From the NCBI GenBank assembly GCA_965262915.1, contig OZ253564.1, positions 1,728,001-1,792,000 on the forward strand: a DNA stretch of 64,000 nt, written 5' to 3'. The notes under the pieces were generated by a model that ran no database searches, was not told the DNA's origin, and was given only the letters and a program-made list of their open reading frames with translations. The position numbers and the translations under genes are program-made. Below are positions 20,152-30,191 of the stretch, one piece after another. Source of the stretch: Candidatus Spongiisociaceae bacterium (lineage in GTDB: Bacteria; Actinomycetota; Acidimicrobiia; Spongiisociales; Spongiisociaceae). Position 1 is the stretch's first letter; each line of letters opens with the position of its first letter.

Positions 20152-20543
20152 GCTACCGGGCCGTTACCGCCCAATGCCCTCCGTGGTGGGCTATCGAGAT
20201 CACTGAAGGACTCCCCGACCACATGTTCGCTCACACGCAGGCCCGTCGTCTGGACGCGGTTGAGCGGACTGCCAGGGAGGCCATCGCTGACCTCCTCGAT
20301 GTTGATCCGGATGAGGTCGAGGTGGAGGTGACGATTGAGGTACCTGAATCGCTTGCGGGTACGCTTGCGGAGTTGGAAGCAGCAGAGGCTACGGCCCGCG
20401 AGGCCGCCCGCGCTGCCCGCGAACTCCGAGCCCGCGCGGTCCGCACGGTTCGAGACCAGGGCTTCACCGTCCGGGAGTCCGCCCTGCTGCTCGGGGTTTC
20501 CCACCAGCGGATCAGCCAACTCGCCTCGCAGCACCGGGCCTGA
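20148..20543 (+). CDS. hicB: HicB-like antitoxin with C-terminal HTH
   Basis: WWAIEI..TQARRL..V...AREAI, then TVRESALLLGVSHQRISQL; ATGA overlap with hicA. Confidence 0.8.
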   Translation: MSYRAVTAQCPPWWAIEITEGLPDHMFAHTQARRLDAVERTAREAIADLLDVDPDEVEVEVTIEVPESLAGTLAELEAAEATAREAARAARELRARAVRTVRDQGFTVRESALLLGVSHQRISQLASQHRA

Positions 20544-20770
20544 GGGCCGAACAGCAGCGCCGGGTTCGGCGGACCGGCCGCCCGAGCGCAATGGGTCTTC
20601 AGCCAACGGGCATGGTCCGGGGTCGGCGTCGGCCCGCAGGTGTTTGTCGTTGCCGGCAGCGGCCGGTCACAGCGTCCGTGGTCACGCTCGGTAAGAGCCA
20701 TCCGGTCGCTAGGGCGATGTAAGGTGCCCGGCGCCGCCGGGAGGTGGCGGTCACCGTCTACGATTGACCC

Positions 20771-21430
20771 ATGTCCGAATCCGGTTACTCCGTCCGCTTC
20801 CGTGAATACGCCGAGGCGATCTGGGAACTCGAGGAGGCGGGGATCCGGGTTCTCCAGGCCCGCATCGCCCGCTGGCTGGGGGTGAGCCCGGCCAGTGTGT
20901 CGGAGATGATCCGGCGAATGCAGGCCGAGGGCCTCGTCATTATCGGAGAGCAAGTGAGCCTCACCGACGAGGGACGCCACTTGGCAGCGGTCGTGGTCCG
21001 CCGACATCGCCTCGCCGAGCGGTTCATGTCGGAGGTGCTCAAGCTGCCGTGGGCCAAGGTTCACGAGGAAGCCGAAGTCTGGGAGACCATGATCTCCGAC
21101 GATGTCGAGAAGGCCATGTGGGCGGTGATGGACGATCCCAAGACCTGCCCGCACGGCAACCCCATCCCCGGAGCCGGCTACCGGCCCCCCATTATGAAGC
21201 CCCTCGCCGACATGGAATCGGGCGAGACGATGCGTCTCGAACGGATATCGGAGGAGTTGGAGCTCGATTCCGAGATGATGCGGTTCCTCGACGAGAACCA
21301 GATCCGGCCCGACTCCCGGATCCGGATGGTGCAGAAAGATCCGTATGGCGCCATCACTGTGGAGGTGTCCGACCGACAGGTTGGCATAGGAGTCTTCGCC
21401 TCCGAGCGCCTTTTCGTCTCGGTCGAGTAG
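20771..21430 (+). CDS. DtxR/MntR-family metal-dependent repressor with FeoA domain
   Basis: IARWLGVSPASVSEM, RRHRLAERF, HEEA, CPHGNPIP. Confidence 0.93.
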   Translation: MSESGYSVRFREYAEAIWELEEAGIRVLQARIARWLGVSPASVSEMIRRMQAEGLVIIGEQVSLTDEGRHLAAVVVRRHRLAERFMSEVLKLPWAKVHEEAEVWETMISDDVEKAMWAVMDDPKTCPHGNPIPGAGYRPPIMKPLADMESGETMRLERISEELELDSEMMRFLDENQIRPDSRIRMVQKDPYGAITVEVSDRQVGIGVFASERLFVSVE

Positions 21431-21570
21431 CGACGCGTGGACGGATACGCCTTTCCAGGTTTCCGGCCGGCTACCGACCCGGTTTGCTGCTTCACTGCTG
21501 CAGTCCCGGTCGGGTATCCGATGCCGTTGCGTCCCGCCCGGTCGCCCGGCACGACCTTGCCGGAGCCGGC

Positions 21571-22116
21571 GTGACACTAGAACCAGACCCACCGTTCGGA
21601 CCGATCGATCCCAACCTGCAGCGCCGTATGGAAGCCAGGATGCGCCGGGAGTTCGAGGCCGCCGAATCGGAGGCGGCCCTTCTGGCTGCCCGACGCAGGC
21701 GGTTGGCGGACATAGCCTGGGAAGCCACCCAGGCGGGTAAGCGGATGCAGATCAGGGTGGGGAGCCGCAAGGTGGCGGGCATGCCTACCTACGCCCGCAA
21801 CGATCTGATGAGCCTCCGGACGCCCAACGGCATCCTGGAGGTGTACCTACCGAACATCGATGCCCTGCTGGTGATGCCCGGCTTTTCGCAGGGGCGGTCC
21901 GTGGCCAAGGACGTCGAGACGTTCGCAGCCCGGATGGCCATGCTCCAGCTAACCCGCGAGCATGTGGAGATCGTGTGCCGCGGTGGGGACCCCCGCTTCG
22001 ACGGGACCGTCGACTACGTTGCTCGTGACCATGTCGCCGTGACGAGCGCCGCTGCAACCGTTTTCATCACTCTCGGAGCGATCGCCTACGTGGTCCGGCG
22101 GCCCGAACTCCGCTGA
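21571..22116 (+). CDS. Hypothetical protein upstream of the Tad locus
   Basis: Open GC-biased frame with two beta-rich repeats (ARNDLMSL / VARDHVAV). Start codon uncertain (alternative ATG 21628). Confidence 0.6.
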   Translation: MTLEPDPPFGPIDPNLQRRMEARMRREFEAAESEAALLAARRRRLADIAWEATQAGKRMQIRVGSRKVAGMPTYARNDLMSLRTPNGILEVYLPNIDALLVMPGFSQGRSVAKDVETFAARMAMLQLTREHVEIVCRGGDPRFDGTVDYVARDHVAVTSAAATVFITLGAIAYVVRRPELR

Positions 22117-22254
22117 CCTCTCCGATTCGGGGTCGGTAGATCCCGTCAGCGTAATACCTTTCGCTATCCAGAGCTGTTTTTGATGGTTATGCTGGGTTTA
22201 TACCCGAACCAACTGCTTAGGTCGAGTTGCCTCGCTCCTCCAACGCGAATCCCC

Positions 22255-22345
22255 GCAGCGACTTAAGGAATTTTTTCTCAATGTTAATATTAATCAACAC
22301 TGACTAAACTACTTAAGATATAGTGAAGTAACAACCACTTCCGAA
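22255..22345 (+). promoter_or_regulatory. AT-rich promoter/operator region of the tad operon
   Basis: Marked AT island with palindrome TTAATATTAA (22284-22293) and ACTTAAG at 22261 and 22311. Confidence 0.5.
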
Positions 22346-22399
22346 CAGGTTTCGCCGTGTGTAGATTGCGGAGGCGAAATCGTTTTCATAGGAGAGGAG

Positions 22400-23113
22400 A
22401 TGGACACGACCGAGGCGCCGGGTCACCCTACGCCGATGCCGGAGGGGCGGGGAGTGCCGAAGCGGAAGCTGGCAAGCCGTCTCTCCTTCGGCCACATCGT
22501 GATGATCTCCGCCGGACTGGTGGCCTTCCTGCTGAATGTGATGATCATTCGCGGCAACGGCGAGACGGTGGAGGTCCTGGTGGCGGCCCACCCGATCAGT
22601 GCCGGCAGCAGGCTGGCGGCCCAGGATGTGGTTCCGGCCGACGTCGATGCGAACGGACCTTTCGTGGATCGGGTCCTATCACCCCAGACCGTCACCCCTC
22701 TCCTCGGCCATGTTGTTGTTCGCGACATAGGTCAGGGAGATCCTCTCTTCGCCGATGACATGCGATCCGCCGCCGCTCCCGGAGGTGGTCGGGCGATGAG
22801 CATCCCGATCGCTGCGGATCATGCGGTCGGAGCCACCCTCCAGGTGGGTGATCGTGTCGATGTGATCTCGGTGGACGACGGCGAGAGCCGATTCGTCGCG
22901 ACCGGGATCGAGGTGCTGGATGTGGCCGCCGGTGGCACCCGGCCGGGGGGCGACCGGTTCGGCGTCACCGTGGCGGTGAGTGAAGCGGAGGCACTGGCCA
23001 TCGCCGCGGCCCTCGATCGGGGAAGCACTCACTTGCTCAGATCCACCGGCGCCGACACACCGGAACCCGATGCTCCCCGTCCCCAAGCCGCTACGACGGG
23101 GCCGTCACCGTGA
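22400..23113 (+). CDS. cpaB: Flp pilus assembly CpaB/RcpC (SAF domain)
   Basis: TM, VLVAAHPI.AG, RDIGQGDP, LQVGDRVDVI, VTVAVS..EA. Confidence 0.8.
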   Translation: MDTTEAPGHPTPMPEGRGVPKRKLASRLSFGHIVMISAGLVAFLLNVMIIRGNGETVEVLVAAHPISAGSRLAAQDVVPADVDANGPFVDRVLSPQTVTPLLGHVVVRDIGQGDPLFADDMRSAAAPGGGRAMSIPIAADHAVGATLQVGDRVDVISVDDGESRFVATGIEVLDVAAGGTRPGGDRFGVTVAVSEAEALAIAAALDRGSTHLLRSTGADTPEPDAPRPQAATTGPSP

Positions 23114-24276
23114 TCGGGCCCGAACCCGTCATCGTCATCGCCGGTTCGCAACGGGCCTGGGCGTCCGAACTGCTGCGTTTCCTCAGCGACTTCGGGGGAG
23201 CGCGCCTCAAGGGGACGGTGCTCACAGCCCGCGAGGCCCTCGAGCCCGGTTACGAGGTGTTGATCATCGATGACATCACCAGCTATCTCAGCCCCAGGCT
23301 GGTGGAGCGGGTCAGGGGCAGCGGCCAGAAGGTGGTCGGCGTGTACGACCCCGATTCCGGTGAGCGTGGTCGGGAACGTCTGAGGGTTCTGGGGGTGGAC
23401 GCGGTGGTACCGGCCGACGCCGGGCCGGAGGCCATCCTCGAGACGGTCTCGTCGATCGGTCCGGGGCGTCCGGCTGCCCGGGTCCGGGAACAGGCCGCAG
23501 AGCCTCCCGCGCCGGCCTCGGTCGCCCGGATCACGACGGTGGCCGGAGGAGATCTCGCCGGTGACTTCGCGATCGCTCTGGGCGGGGCGTTCAGGGCGAA
23601 GCGTCGAACCGCGCTGGTCGTGGACGCCGACACCGTCACACCGATGCTGGCCCAGCGGCTCTCGATGCCCGTCGTACCGAACCTGTTGACCGCGCTCGAC
23701 GCCCATGTGCAGCTCAGGGGCAACGTGGAGGATTCCATGCTGGCCGGACCGTACGGGGTCACCCTTCTCACGGGCATACCCGAGGCCTCGGAATGGGAGA
23801 CGGTCCGGGCGGATGAGGTCGTGGACCTTCTCGAGACGACCGCAGCGTGGTTCGACGAGCTGATCGTGAAGGTCTCCTCCCACATCGAGGACCTGTCGCG
23901 TCTCGGTTCCCGGGACGGTCGTTTCGAGGTGAGCCGGTCGATGGTCTCGCTGGCCGGCGATGTGGTCTACGTGGCGGAACCCACTCCTGTCGGGTTGTCC
24001 AGGGCGCTGCGCTGGGTATCCCAGGCCCGCCGTCTCACCGCTGCCCGGCTCCATGTCGTGTTCGGCGGCGCACCGGTCAGCTCCTTCCAGAGGGGGGAGC
24101 TGAGCGACGAGCTGACCAGGAGCTACATGCCGGCCTCCATAACGTGGCTTCCCACCGATCAGGGTCAGGAGCGGTCGGTGTGGAACGGGACCGCGATTCC
24201 CAAGGGACCCTTCCGCAAGACGGTCGAGAGACTCGGGATCACCATGCTCAACGGATACGCCGAGACGGTCTCATGA
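23110..24276 (+). CDS. CpaE/TadZ-like receiver plus degenerate MinD/ParA protein
   Basis: N-terminal REC-like region, ALVVDAD, LLTG, VAEPTPVGLSR; Walker A degenerate. Confidence 0.7.
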   Translation: MIGPEPVIVIAGSQRAWASELLRFLSDFGGARLKGTVLTAREALEPGYEVLIIDDITSYLSPRLVERVRGSGQKVVGVYDPDSGERGRERLRVLGVDAVVPADAGPEAILETVSSIGPGRPAARVREQAAEPPAPASVARITTVAGGDLAGDFAIALGGAFRAKRRTALVVDADTVTPMLAQRLSMPVVPNLLTALDAHVQLRGNVEDSMLAGPYGVTLLTGIPEASEWETVRADEVVDLLETTAAWFDELIVKVSSHIEDLSRLGSRDGRFEVSRSMVSLAGDVVYVAEPTPVGLSRALRWVSQARRLTAARLHVVFGGAPVSSFQRGELSDELTRSYMPASITWLPTDQGQERSVWNGTAIPKGPFRKTVERLGITMLNGYAETVS

Positions 24277-25559
24277 GCATGGGTGCCTATGACACCCTGC
24301 GCCGACGGGCCGCGGAACGGATCGGCGAACTGGAACTGGATCCTCGCAGGGATGGTGGGAGCATCCGGGCCGAGGTGGACCGGTTGGTCTCCGCCTACCA
24401 GCGGCGCGCCCATGCGGGCGACGGCGTCCGACCCTTCCGCGACCCCGCCCAGCTCTCGGACCGCCTGATCGATTCCCTGGTCCGCTACGGACCGCTGACG
24501 CCGATCATCGAACGCCGCGACATCGAGGAGGTCTTCATAGAGGGCGAACGTATCACGTATATCGATTCGTCCGGGCGCCTCCAGGCTCTCGACGCCCCCA
24601 CCTCCGAGGAGGAGAACCGCCAGATCGTGGGACGTATCCTGGCCGGGACGAACCGGCGTCTGGATACGTCCAACCCCATCGAACAGGCTCGCGTGCTGGA
24701 TGGCCGGGCACGGCTCACGGCAGTGATTCCCCCGGTCGCCGATCGTCTCTCGGTCACCCTCAGGAAGTACACGGTGAAGAACCATGACCTCGCCTTCCTG
24801 GTCGAAGGGGACGTCCTCCCCCCGCCGGCTGCAGCCTTCCTGTGGGCTGCCGCGCAGGCCACCACCACGCTTCTCTTCAGCGGTCCTCCCGGGGCGGGCA
24901 AGACCACTCTCCTGAGCGCCTTTCTCCGAGCCGTCCCCGCCGACCGCTGCGTCCGGGTGTGCGAAGAGGTGCGGGAACTCGACATCCCGCTGTTGCACGG
25001 CAGCTTCTACGAGGCCAGCCCCCCGACTCTCGACGGAAGGCGCCGCCACACCCTGCGCGATCTGGTGAAGGTGGTCCTGGCGCAGCGGCCCGACCTGATC
25101 TGCGTGGGCGAGGTAAGGGGAGGGGAGGCCTTCGAACTCACCAGAGCCGTCAATGCCGGGTGTGGTTTTGCATGCACCATTCATGCCGACTCGGCCGCCG
25201 CTGCTCTGGTCGCCCTGGTCAACGCGGCGCTGATGGCGGGAGAGAACGTCACCGAGGTGATAGTCAGCCGGGTGTTCCGGTCCGCCATCGACTTCGTGGT
25301 CCATCTCCGGCGTGACATGCGCAGCGGCCTCGGGGAGGGGATCAGGCGCCAGGTGGTGGAGATACTGGCGCTCAGACCCGCCGCTACCGGTCGGGAGTTC
25401 GCCACCGAGACCCTCTTCCACCGTGAGCGTCTCGGCGAACCCCTCCGGTGGACGGGCGTCGTGCCCCCGCACGAGGTCGCCCGCAGGATCGAGTGGTCGC
25501 TTCCGGATGGGTTGGCTCTGGAGGCGATCCTGTCCGGAGAACGGCAGCCTTTCCCATGA
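24273..25559 (+). CDS. tadA: TadA/CpaF pilus ATPase
   Basis: YGPL, SGPPGAGKTT, CEEVREL, RPDLICVGEVRGGEA, TIHA. Confidence 0.93.
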   Translation: MSMGAYDTLRRRAAERIGELELDPRRDGGSIRAEVDRLVSAYQRRAHAGDGVRPFRDPAQLSDRLIDSLVRYGPLTPIIERRDIEEVFIEGERITYIDSSGRLQALDAPTSEEENRQIVGRILAGTNRRLDTSNPIEQARVLDGRARLTAVIPPVADRLSVTLRKYTVKNHDLAFLVEGDVLPPPAAAFLWAAAQATTTLLFSGPPGAGKTTLLSAFLRAVPADRCVRVCEEVRELDIPLLHGSFYEASPPTLDGRRRHTLRDLVKVVLAQRPDLICVGEVRGGEAFELTRAVNAGCGFACTIHADSAAAALVALVNAALMAGENVTEVIVSRVFRSAIDFVVHLRRDMRSGLGEGIRRQVVEILALRPAATGREFATETLFHRERLGEPLRWTGVVPPHEVARRIEWSLPDGLALEAILSGERQPFP

Positions 25560-26455
25560 TCCTGCTCGCTTCCCTGATGACCGCGGTCGCCGCCTATCTC
25601 GCTGCGGGCCTCCTGGTGGGGTACGCGCCACGGGCAGGGTTCCGCAGGGCTTCCAAACCCGACCTCTCCCAGCGCCAACTGTGGCTCATCCAAGCAGGGA
25701 GCGATCTGACCACCTGGCAGTTCATGGCCGGATCGGGGGCGATCGGATTGGTGGTCCTAGCGCTTGCGACGCTGATGACCGGGGCTTGGTGGCTGGCCCT
25801 CATGCCGGCCGCAGGAGCTGCTCTGCTCCCGCAGGTGTACTACACGCGCCGGCGTGCCGATCGCATCCGCCAGCTCCGGCGAGCCTGGCCGGACGCCCTG
25901 CGAGACGCGCTGGCGGCCATCACCGCCGGATCGACGCTCGTCTTGGCGCTGTACGACCTGGCCGAGCGCGGGCCGGCCCCGCTCCGGCCGGCTTTCGGTC
26001 GCTTCCGGCTGGTCTCCCGCATGATGGGTGTGGTTCCTGCCCTTGAGCTGGTGAAGGAAGAACTGGCAGATCCCACCTCGGACCGGGTGATCGAGGTGCT
26101 GGTGCTCGCCTACCAGCACGGGGGCGGCCTGGTCACCGAGGTGCTGCGCGATCTCGTCGGTGAGATCACCGAGGACCTGCGGTTGGAGGCCGACATCCGT
26201 TCCGACGGAACGGAACAGCGTATCGAGAGCCGGATAGTCCTGATCATTCCCTGGTTGCTCCTGCTGTTCCTGACCGCCACCTCCGATCAATACCGTGCCT
26301 ACTACCACTCGGCCAACGGGTTGCTGGTGGTGACGGCCGCGGTGGTCTGGTCGTTGTTCGGGGTGCTGTTGATGAAACGCATCAGCCGCCGGGTGGGGGA
26401 GCGCCGGGTTCTGGTGCGATCCTCGCCCGAGCCGGAGCAAGGGGATGGCTGGTGA
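25556..26455 (+). CDS. tadB: TadB (T2SS F-family)
   Basis: TM helices, WPDAL, GGGLV..L..L; operonic with tadA. Confidence 0.85.
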   Translation: MILLASLMTAVAAYLAAGLLVGYAPRAGFRRASKPDLSQRQLWLIQAGSDLTTWQFMAGSGAIGLVVLALATLMTGAWWLALMPAAGAALLPQVYYTRRRADRIRQLRRAWPDALRDALAAITAGSTLVLALYDLAERGPAPLRPAFGRFRLVSRMMGVVPALELVKEELADPTSDRVIEVLVLAYQHGGGLVTEVLRDLVGEITEDLRLEADIRSDGTEQRIESRIVLIIPWLLLLFLTATSDQYRAYYHSANGLLVVTAAVVWSLFGVLLMKRISRRVGERRVLVRSSPEPEQGDGW

Positions 26456-27408
26456 GTACCGGTCTGGTGAAAGGGGCCGTGACGGCTTCGGTCACGTTTG
26501 CGGTTGCAGCCGCGGCGATGGTGGTCCGCCCGCCGCGCCGTCTCGGACCCAGAATACGTCCCTACACGGCTACTACCCGGGTGGGCCTCGGCACGAGTCC
26601 GGATGTTCTCGGCCGCGCCAATCCGGGTCCCGTTTTCGGGGAAGGCACCATCCGCCGCCTGCTATCTCCGATGTTCTCCGGCCCCCTCGACCGTTTGGCG
26701 CGCCTACTCGTCCTCGTCGACGAGAGCGAGCTGGCACTGCTGCTGCGCCAGTCGGGCCTCTACCCGAACATCGAACCAGCATGGCGTCCCCAGGCGTACC
26801 GGACGGGCGCTCTCGGCAGGGTCGTTGCGTTCGCAGCCGGCCTGATCGGGTTCGCCCTGTTCGTAGGGAGTTCCGCAGGGCGGGTCCTGCTCTTCGGGGG
26901 GGTGGGAGCGGCGGTCGGCGCGTTCCTGGCCCGTTCCAGGCTCTCGGAGGCGGTCCGGCGGCGCCGGGACTCGATCCGGGCGGAGCTCTACACGATCAAC
27001 CAGCTGGTGGCGATGTACACCAGGGTGGGAGGGGGCGTCCTCGAAGCGATCCGCTACGTGGTGACACGAGCCCGGGGAGCGGCGGTGGACGAGCTGGCCG
27101 AGGTGCTGTTGCTGCACGAACGAGGGTGGTCCTTCGGTGAGGCCATAGAGCGGGCCGAGAGGCTGACGCCGGAGCCCGAGGCCGCCCGCACGTATCGCCT
27201 CATGGCCACTTGCCAAGAGCAGGGTACGGATCTGGCGGAGGCACTGCTCGGGTTGTCCAAAGACCTCAGAGCGGTGCGCCGGGACGATCTGCGCCGCCGG
27301 GCGGCCAAGCGGCGGATCCTCATGGTGATACCGGTGGTGGTGATCCTCGCACCCATCACGATGCTGTTTATGGCCGCGCCTATCCCGTCGATCGTCTTCG
27401 GCGGTTGA
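26452..27408 (+). CDS. tadC: TadC (T2SS F-family)
   Basis: TMs, QEQGTDLAEAL..LS..LR..RR...RRAAK...IPVV. Confidence 0.85.
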   Translation: MSTGLVKGAVTASVTFAVAAAAMVVRPPRRLGPRIRPYTATTRVGLGTSPDVLGRANPGPVFGEGTIRRLLSPMFSGPLDRLARLLVLVDESELALLLRQSGLYPNIEPAWRPQAYRTGALGRVVAFAAGLIGFALFVGSSAGRVLLFGGVGAAVGAFLARSRLSEAVRRRRDSIRAELYTINQLVAMYTRVGGGVLEAIRYVVTRARGAAVDELAEVLLLHERGWSFGEAIERAERLTPEPEAARTYRLMATCQEQGTDLAEALLGLSKDLRAVRRDDLRRRAAKRRILMVIPVVVILAPITMLFMAAPIPSIVFGG

Positions 27409-27485
27409 GCGGGCAGTGGAGAGGTGGATGCCCGCCGAGCGGCGCCCGCAGGGAGGGATCGAACACTTACCAGAAAGGAGCAAGC

Positions 27486-27692
27486 GTGATACAGACGCTG
27501 GGCGTGAGAACGATGATGCTCGTACGGAGGCTGGCGGTACGGCTGCATGACGAGAGAGGAGCGGCAGAGACCTCCACGATCCTGGCCTGGATCGTGGTGG
27601 GAGTGCTGGTCGTGTTCGCCCTGCGGACCGGACTACAGGAGGCAGGCGAGCAGGTGATCGTTTGGATCAAGGAGCAGTTGGACGCAACGTGA
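27486..27692 (+). CDS. Flp-type pilin candidate
   Basis: 68 aa; HDERG|A cleavage-like site followed by a hydrophobic helix; AAGGAG RBS. Confidence 0.7.
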   Translation: MIQTLGVRTMMLVRRLAVRLHDERGAAETSTILAWIVVGVLVVFALRTGLQEAGEQVIVWIKEQLDAT

Positions 27693-27762
27693 GTCCTCAG
27701 CGGGACTACGCCACGGCAGCCGCGTACGCGATGAGACGGGCGAGCGATCCGGCAGGACCGGA

Positions 27763-27987
27763 TTGAGGGATTTCTCCCGGTATCCGCCGGTCCTCGACCT
27801 ACCCGGGGTGGCCGATCTGCTCGGTCTCTCGATCGAAGAGACCCGCCGGCTGAGCGGCGAGGGCTGGATCGATTCTGTGTGCGTGGAAGGTCGGGTGCTG
27901 TTCCACCGGGATCGGGTCATCGACTGGCTCCGGTCCCGGCGGGTCGTGCCCCCCGACCTCGAAGGCGGTCCCACGCTTGACGCCTGA
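27763..27987 (+). CDS. Small excisionase-like (HTH_17) DNA-binding protein
   Basis: VLDLPGVADLLGLS.EETRRL..EG.I....EG.VLFHRD.VIDWL. Confidence 0.7.
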   Translation: MRDFSRYPPVLDLPGVADLLGLSIEETRRLSGEGWIDSVCVEGRVLFHRDRVIDWLRSRRVVPPDLEGGPTLDA

Positions 27988-28030
27988 GGGCAAATGCGCC
28001 GGTGCTGGCTGTGTCAGGGCTACTATGATA

Positions 28031-28042
28031 GAACATATGTTC
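28031..28042. promoter_or_regulatory. LexA (SOS/Cheo) box upstream of ruvC
   Basis: Perfect GAAC-ATAT-GTTC palindrome 25 bp before the ruvC ATG, directly after a TATGAT -10-like hexamer. Confidence 0.85.
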
Positions 28043-28067
28043 GTAGCCGGTGGATGTTGAGTTTGCC

Positions 28068-28580
28068 ATGCTGGTCATCGGTATAGACCCGGGTTTGACG
28101 ACCACCGGGTTCGGGGCGGTCCGGAAGACCGGCAGCACCGTCGAGGTCGTGGTGGCCGGGGTGATCCGTACCGACAAGGACCTGCCCGCCGCGAGACGGC
28201 TCGCCGGCCTCTACACGGACATAACCGAGCTCATCGGGGACGTGCGGCCCGAGGTGATGGCCGTGGAGCGGGTCTTCGTCAACCGGAACCGGATGACCGC
28301 AACGAGGGTGAGCCAGGCTTCGGGCGTGGTGATGCTGGCGGGGGCGCTGGCCGGCATAGAGGTGTTCGAGTACTCGCCGTCGGCGATCAAGGCCATCGTC
28401 ACCGGCGACGGGTCGGCGTCCAAGGTCCAGGTCCAGCAGATGGTGGCCCGCCGCCTGGGTCTGGCCGCGGTTCCGTCCCCGGCCGACACCGCCGACGCGC
28501 TGGCGATAGCTCTGTGTCACATGCAGAGCATGGGTAATCTGGTGGGACGCCTGACCGCGGCGCATGGAGGTGGGAGATGA
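28068..28580 (+). CDS. ruvC: Holliday junction resolvase
   Basis: IGIDPG, AVERVF, KAIVTGDGSASK.QV, DTADALAIA. Confidence 0.96.
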   Translation: MLVIGIDPGLTTTGFGAVRKTGSTVEVVVAGVIRTDKDLPAARRLAGLYTDITELIGDVRPEVMAVERVFVNRNRMTATRVSQASGVVMLAGALAGIEVFEYSPSAIKAIVTGDGSASKVQVQQMVARRLGLAAVPSPADTADALAIALCHMQSMGNLVGRLTAAHGGGR

Positions 28581-29146
28581 TCGGTCGCCTGCGGGGTGTG
28601 CTGGTGGCCCGTACCGCCACGGGGGTGGTGATCGAGGTCGGGGGTGTCGGATACGAGCTGGTTGTGACGCCTAGGGATCAGGCTTCGCTTCCCATGCTGG
28701 GCGAGGAGGTGGTGTTGCACACCCATCTGGTGGTGCGGGAGGACCTGCTGGCCCTGTACGGGTTCGAGGGGGAGCAGAGCCGGGACATGTTCCGGGTGCT
28801 GCTCGGGTCGAGCGGGGTGGGCCCGGCCCTGGCTCACTCGATCCTGGCGACGTTGCGGCCCGACGAGGTTCGCATGGCGGTGGCCACCGAGGACGTGCAG
28901 GCTCTGGTGGCCGTGCACGGGATCGGCAAGCGGACCGCCCAGAAGCTCATCCTTGAGCTGCGCCCCAAGCTGGGAGCTCTCACTACCCATTCGGCGGCGT
29001 CGGGCAACCTGTCCCGCGCCCGGGAGGCCCTGGAATCTCTGGGGTACGCACCGGCCGAGATACGGGAGGCACTGCAGGACATTCCGGTTGACGGGCCGGT
29101 GGAGGAGCTGGTGCGGAGCGCCCTGAGGGTACTGGCCCGCAGGTAG
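28577..29146 (+). CDS. ruvA: Holliday junction branch migration protein
   Basis: MIGRLRG, GGVGY, VREDLLALYGF, GIGKRTA, ALESLGY. Confidence 0.96.
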   Translation: MIGRLRGVLVARTATGVVIEVGGVGYELVVTPRDQASLPMLGEEVVLHTHLVVREDLLALYGFEGEQSRDMFRVLLGSSGVGPALAHSILATLRPDEVRMAVATEDVQALVAVHGIGKRTAQKLILELRPKLGALTTHSAASGNLSRAREALESLGYAPAEIREALQDIPVDGPVEELVRSALRVLARR

Positions 29147-29156
29147 GGGTCGGGCG

Positions 29157-30191
29157 ATGCGTGAGGACGGCCTAATGGTGGCCCACTCGACCGGTGAGGA
29201 CCAGATGAGCGAGGCCATGCTGCGTCCCGGCTCTCTGGGGGAGTTCGTGGGCCAGCCCAAGATGAAGGAGCGGCTGGCCATCTCCATGGAGGCCTCGGAG
29301 ATGCTGGGCCGTCCCCTCGACCACCTGCTGCTCTCGGGACCGCCCGGGCTCGGCAAGACCACCCTGGCCCGGATCATCGCCGCCGAGATGGGGGCACAGT
29401 TACGTTCGACTTCGGGTCCGGCCGTGGAGCGGCCCGGTGATCTGGCGGCCATCCTGTCGGGTCTGGAGTACGGTGACGTGCTCTTCATCGACGAGATCCA
29501 CCGGCTGCCGAGGGTGGTGGAGGAGGTGCTGTACTCGGCGATGGAGGACTTCGCCCTCGACATCGTGGTGGGCAAGGGTCCCACCGCCCAGTCGCTGCGC
29601 CTGGGTCTGCCCCGCTTCACGCTGGTGGGAGCCACCACCCGGATCGGTACCGTAACCGCCCCCTTGCGGGACCGTTTCGGCATGGTCGATAGGCTCGACT
29701 ACTACGACGCCGACGACCTGGAGCGGATCGTGGTGCGGTCGGCTTCGATCATCGGGGTTCCGCTGACTGCGGGCGGTGCCCGGCGGATCGCCACCCGCAG
29801 CCGGGGTACGCCGCGGATCGCCAACCGGCTGCTGACCAGGGTGACCGAGTACGCGATCGCTCGGGCGGACGGTCGGGTGGATTCCGCCACGGCTATGGCC
29901 GGGTTGGCTATCTGGGAGGTGGACGACCTGGGTCTCGACAAGGTGGACCGTTTCATCCTGGATGCGATCGTCTCTAAGTTCGGTGGTGGTCCGGTCGGTC
30001 TCACCACTCTGGCTATCGCGGTGGGGGAGGAACCCGAGACGATCGAGGCCGCCTACGAGCCTTTCCTCGTGCAGCAGGGTCTGGTGATGCGCACTCCCCG
30101 GGGGCGTATGGCCACCTCCCGCACCTACCAGCATCTGGGACTCCCCGAACCGCAGTCCGCCCAGGGGTCTCTGCTGCACCGAAGCCACTAA
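29157..30191 (+). CDS. ruvB: Holliday junction helicase
   Basis: LRPGSL.EFVGQ, GPPGLGKTT, FIDEIHRL, SRGTPR, RTPRGR. Confidence 0.97.
   Translation: MREDGLMVAHSTGEDQMSEAMLRPGSLGEFVGQPKMKERLAISMEASEMLGRPLDHLLLSGPPGLGKTTLARIIAAEMGAQLRSTSGPAVERPGDLAAILSGLEYGDVLFIDEIHRLPRVVEEVLYSAMEDFALDIVVGKGPTAQSLRLGLPRFTLVGATTRIGTVTAPLRDRFGMVDRLDYYDADDLERIVVRSASIIGVPLTAGGARRIATRSRGTPRIANRLLTRVTEYAIARADGRVDSATAMAGLAIWEVDDLGLDKVDRFILDAIVSKFGGGPVGLTTLAIAVGEEPETIEAAYEPFLVQQGLVMRTPRGRMATSRTYQHLGLPEPQSAQGSLLHRSH

Noticed and set aside
27459-27472. Second LexA box (TCGAACACTTACC)
   Set aside because: The right half-site GTTC is missing.
27763-27987. Prophage or ICE signalled by the excisionase-like gene
   Set aside because: No integrase, att site or phage genes nearby; better explained as an operon-linked HTH_17 regulator.
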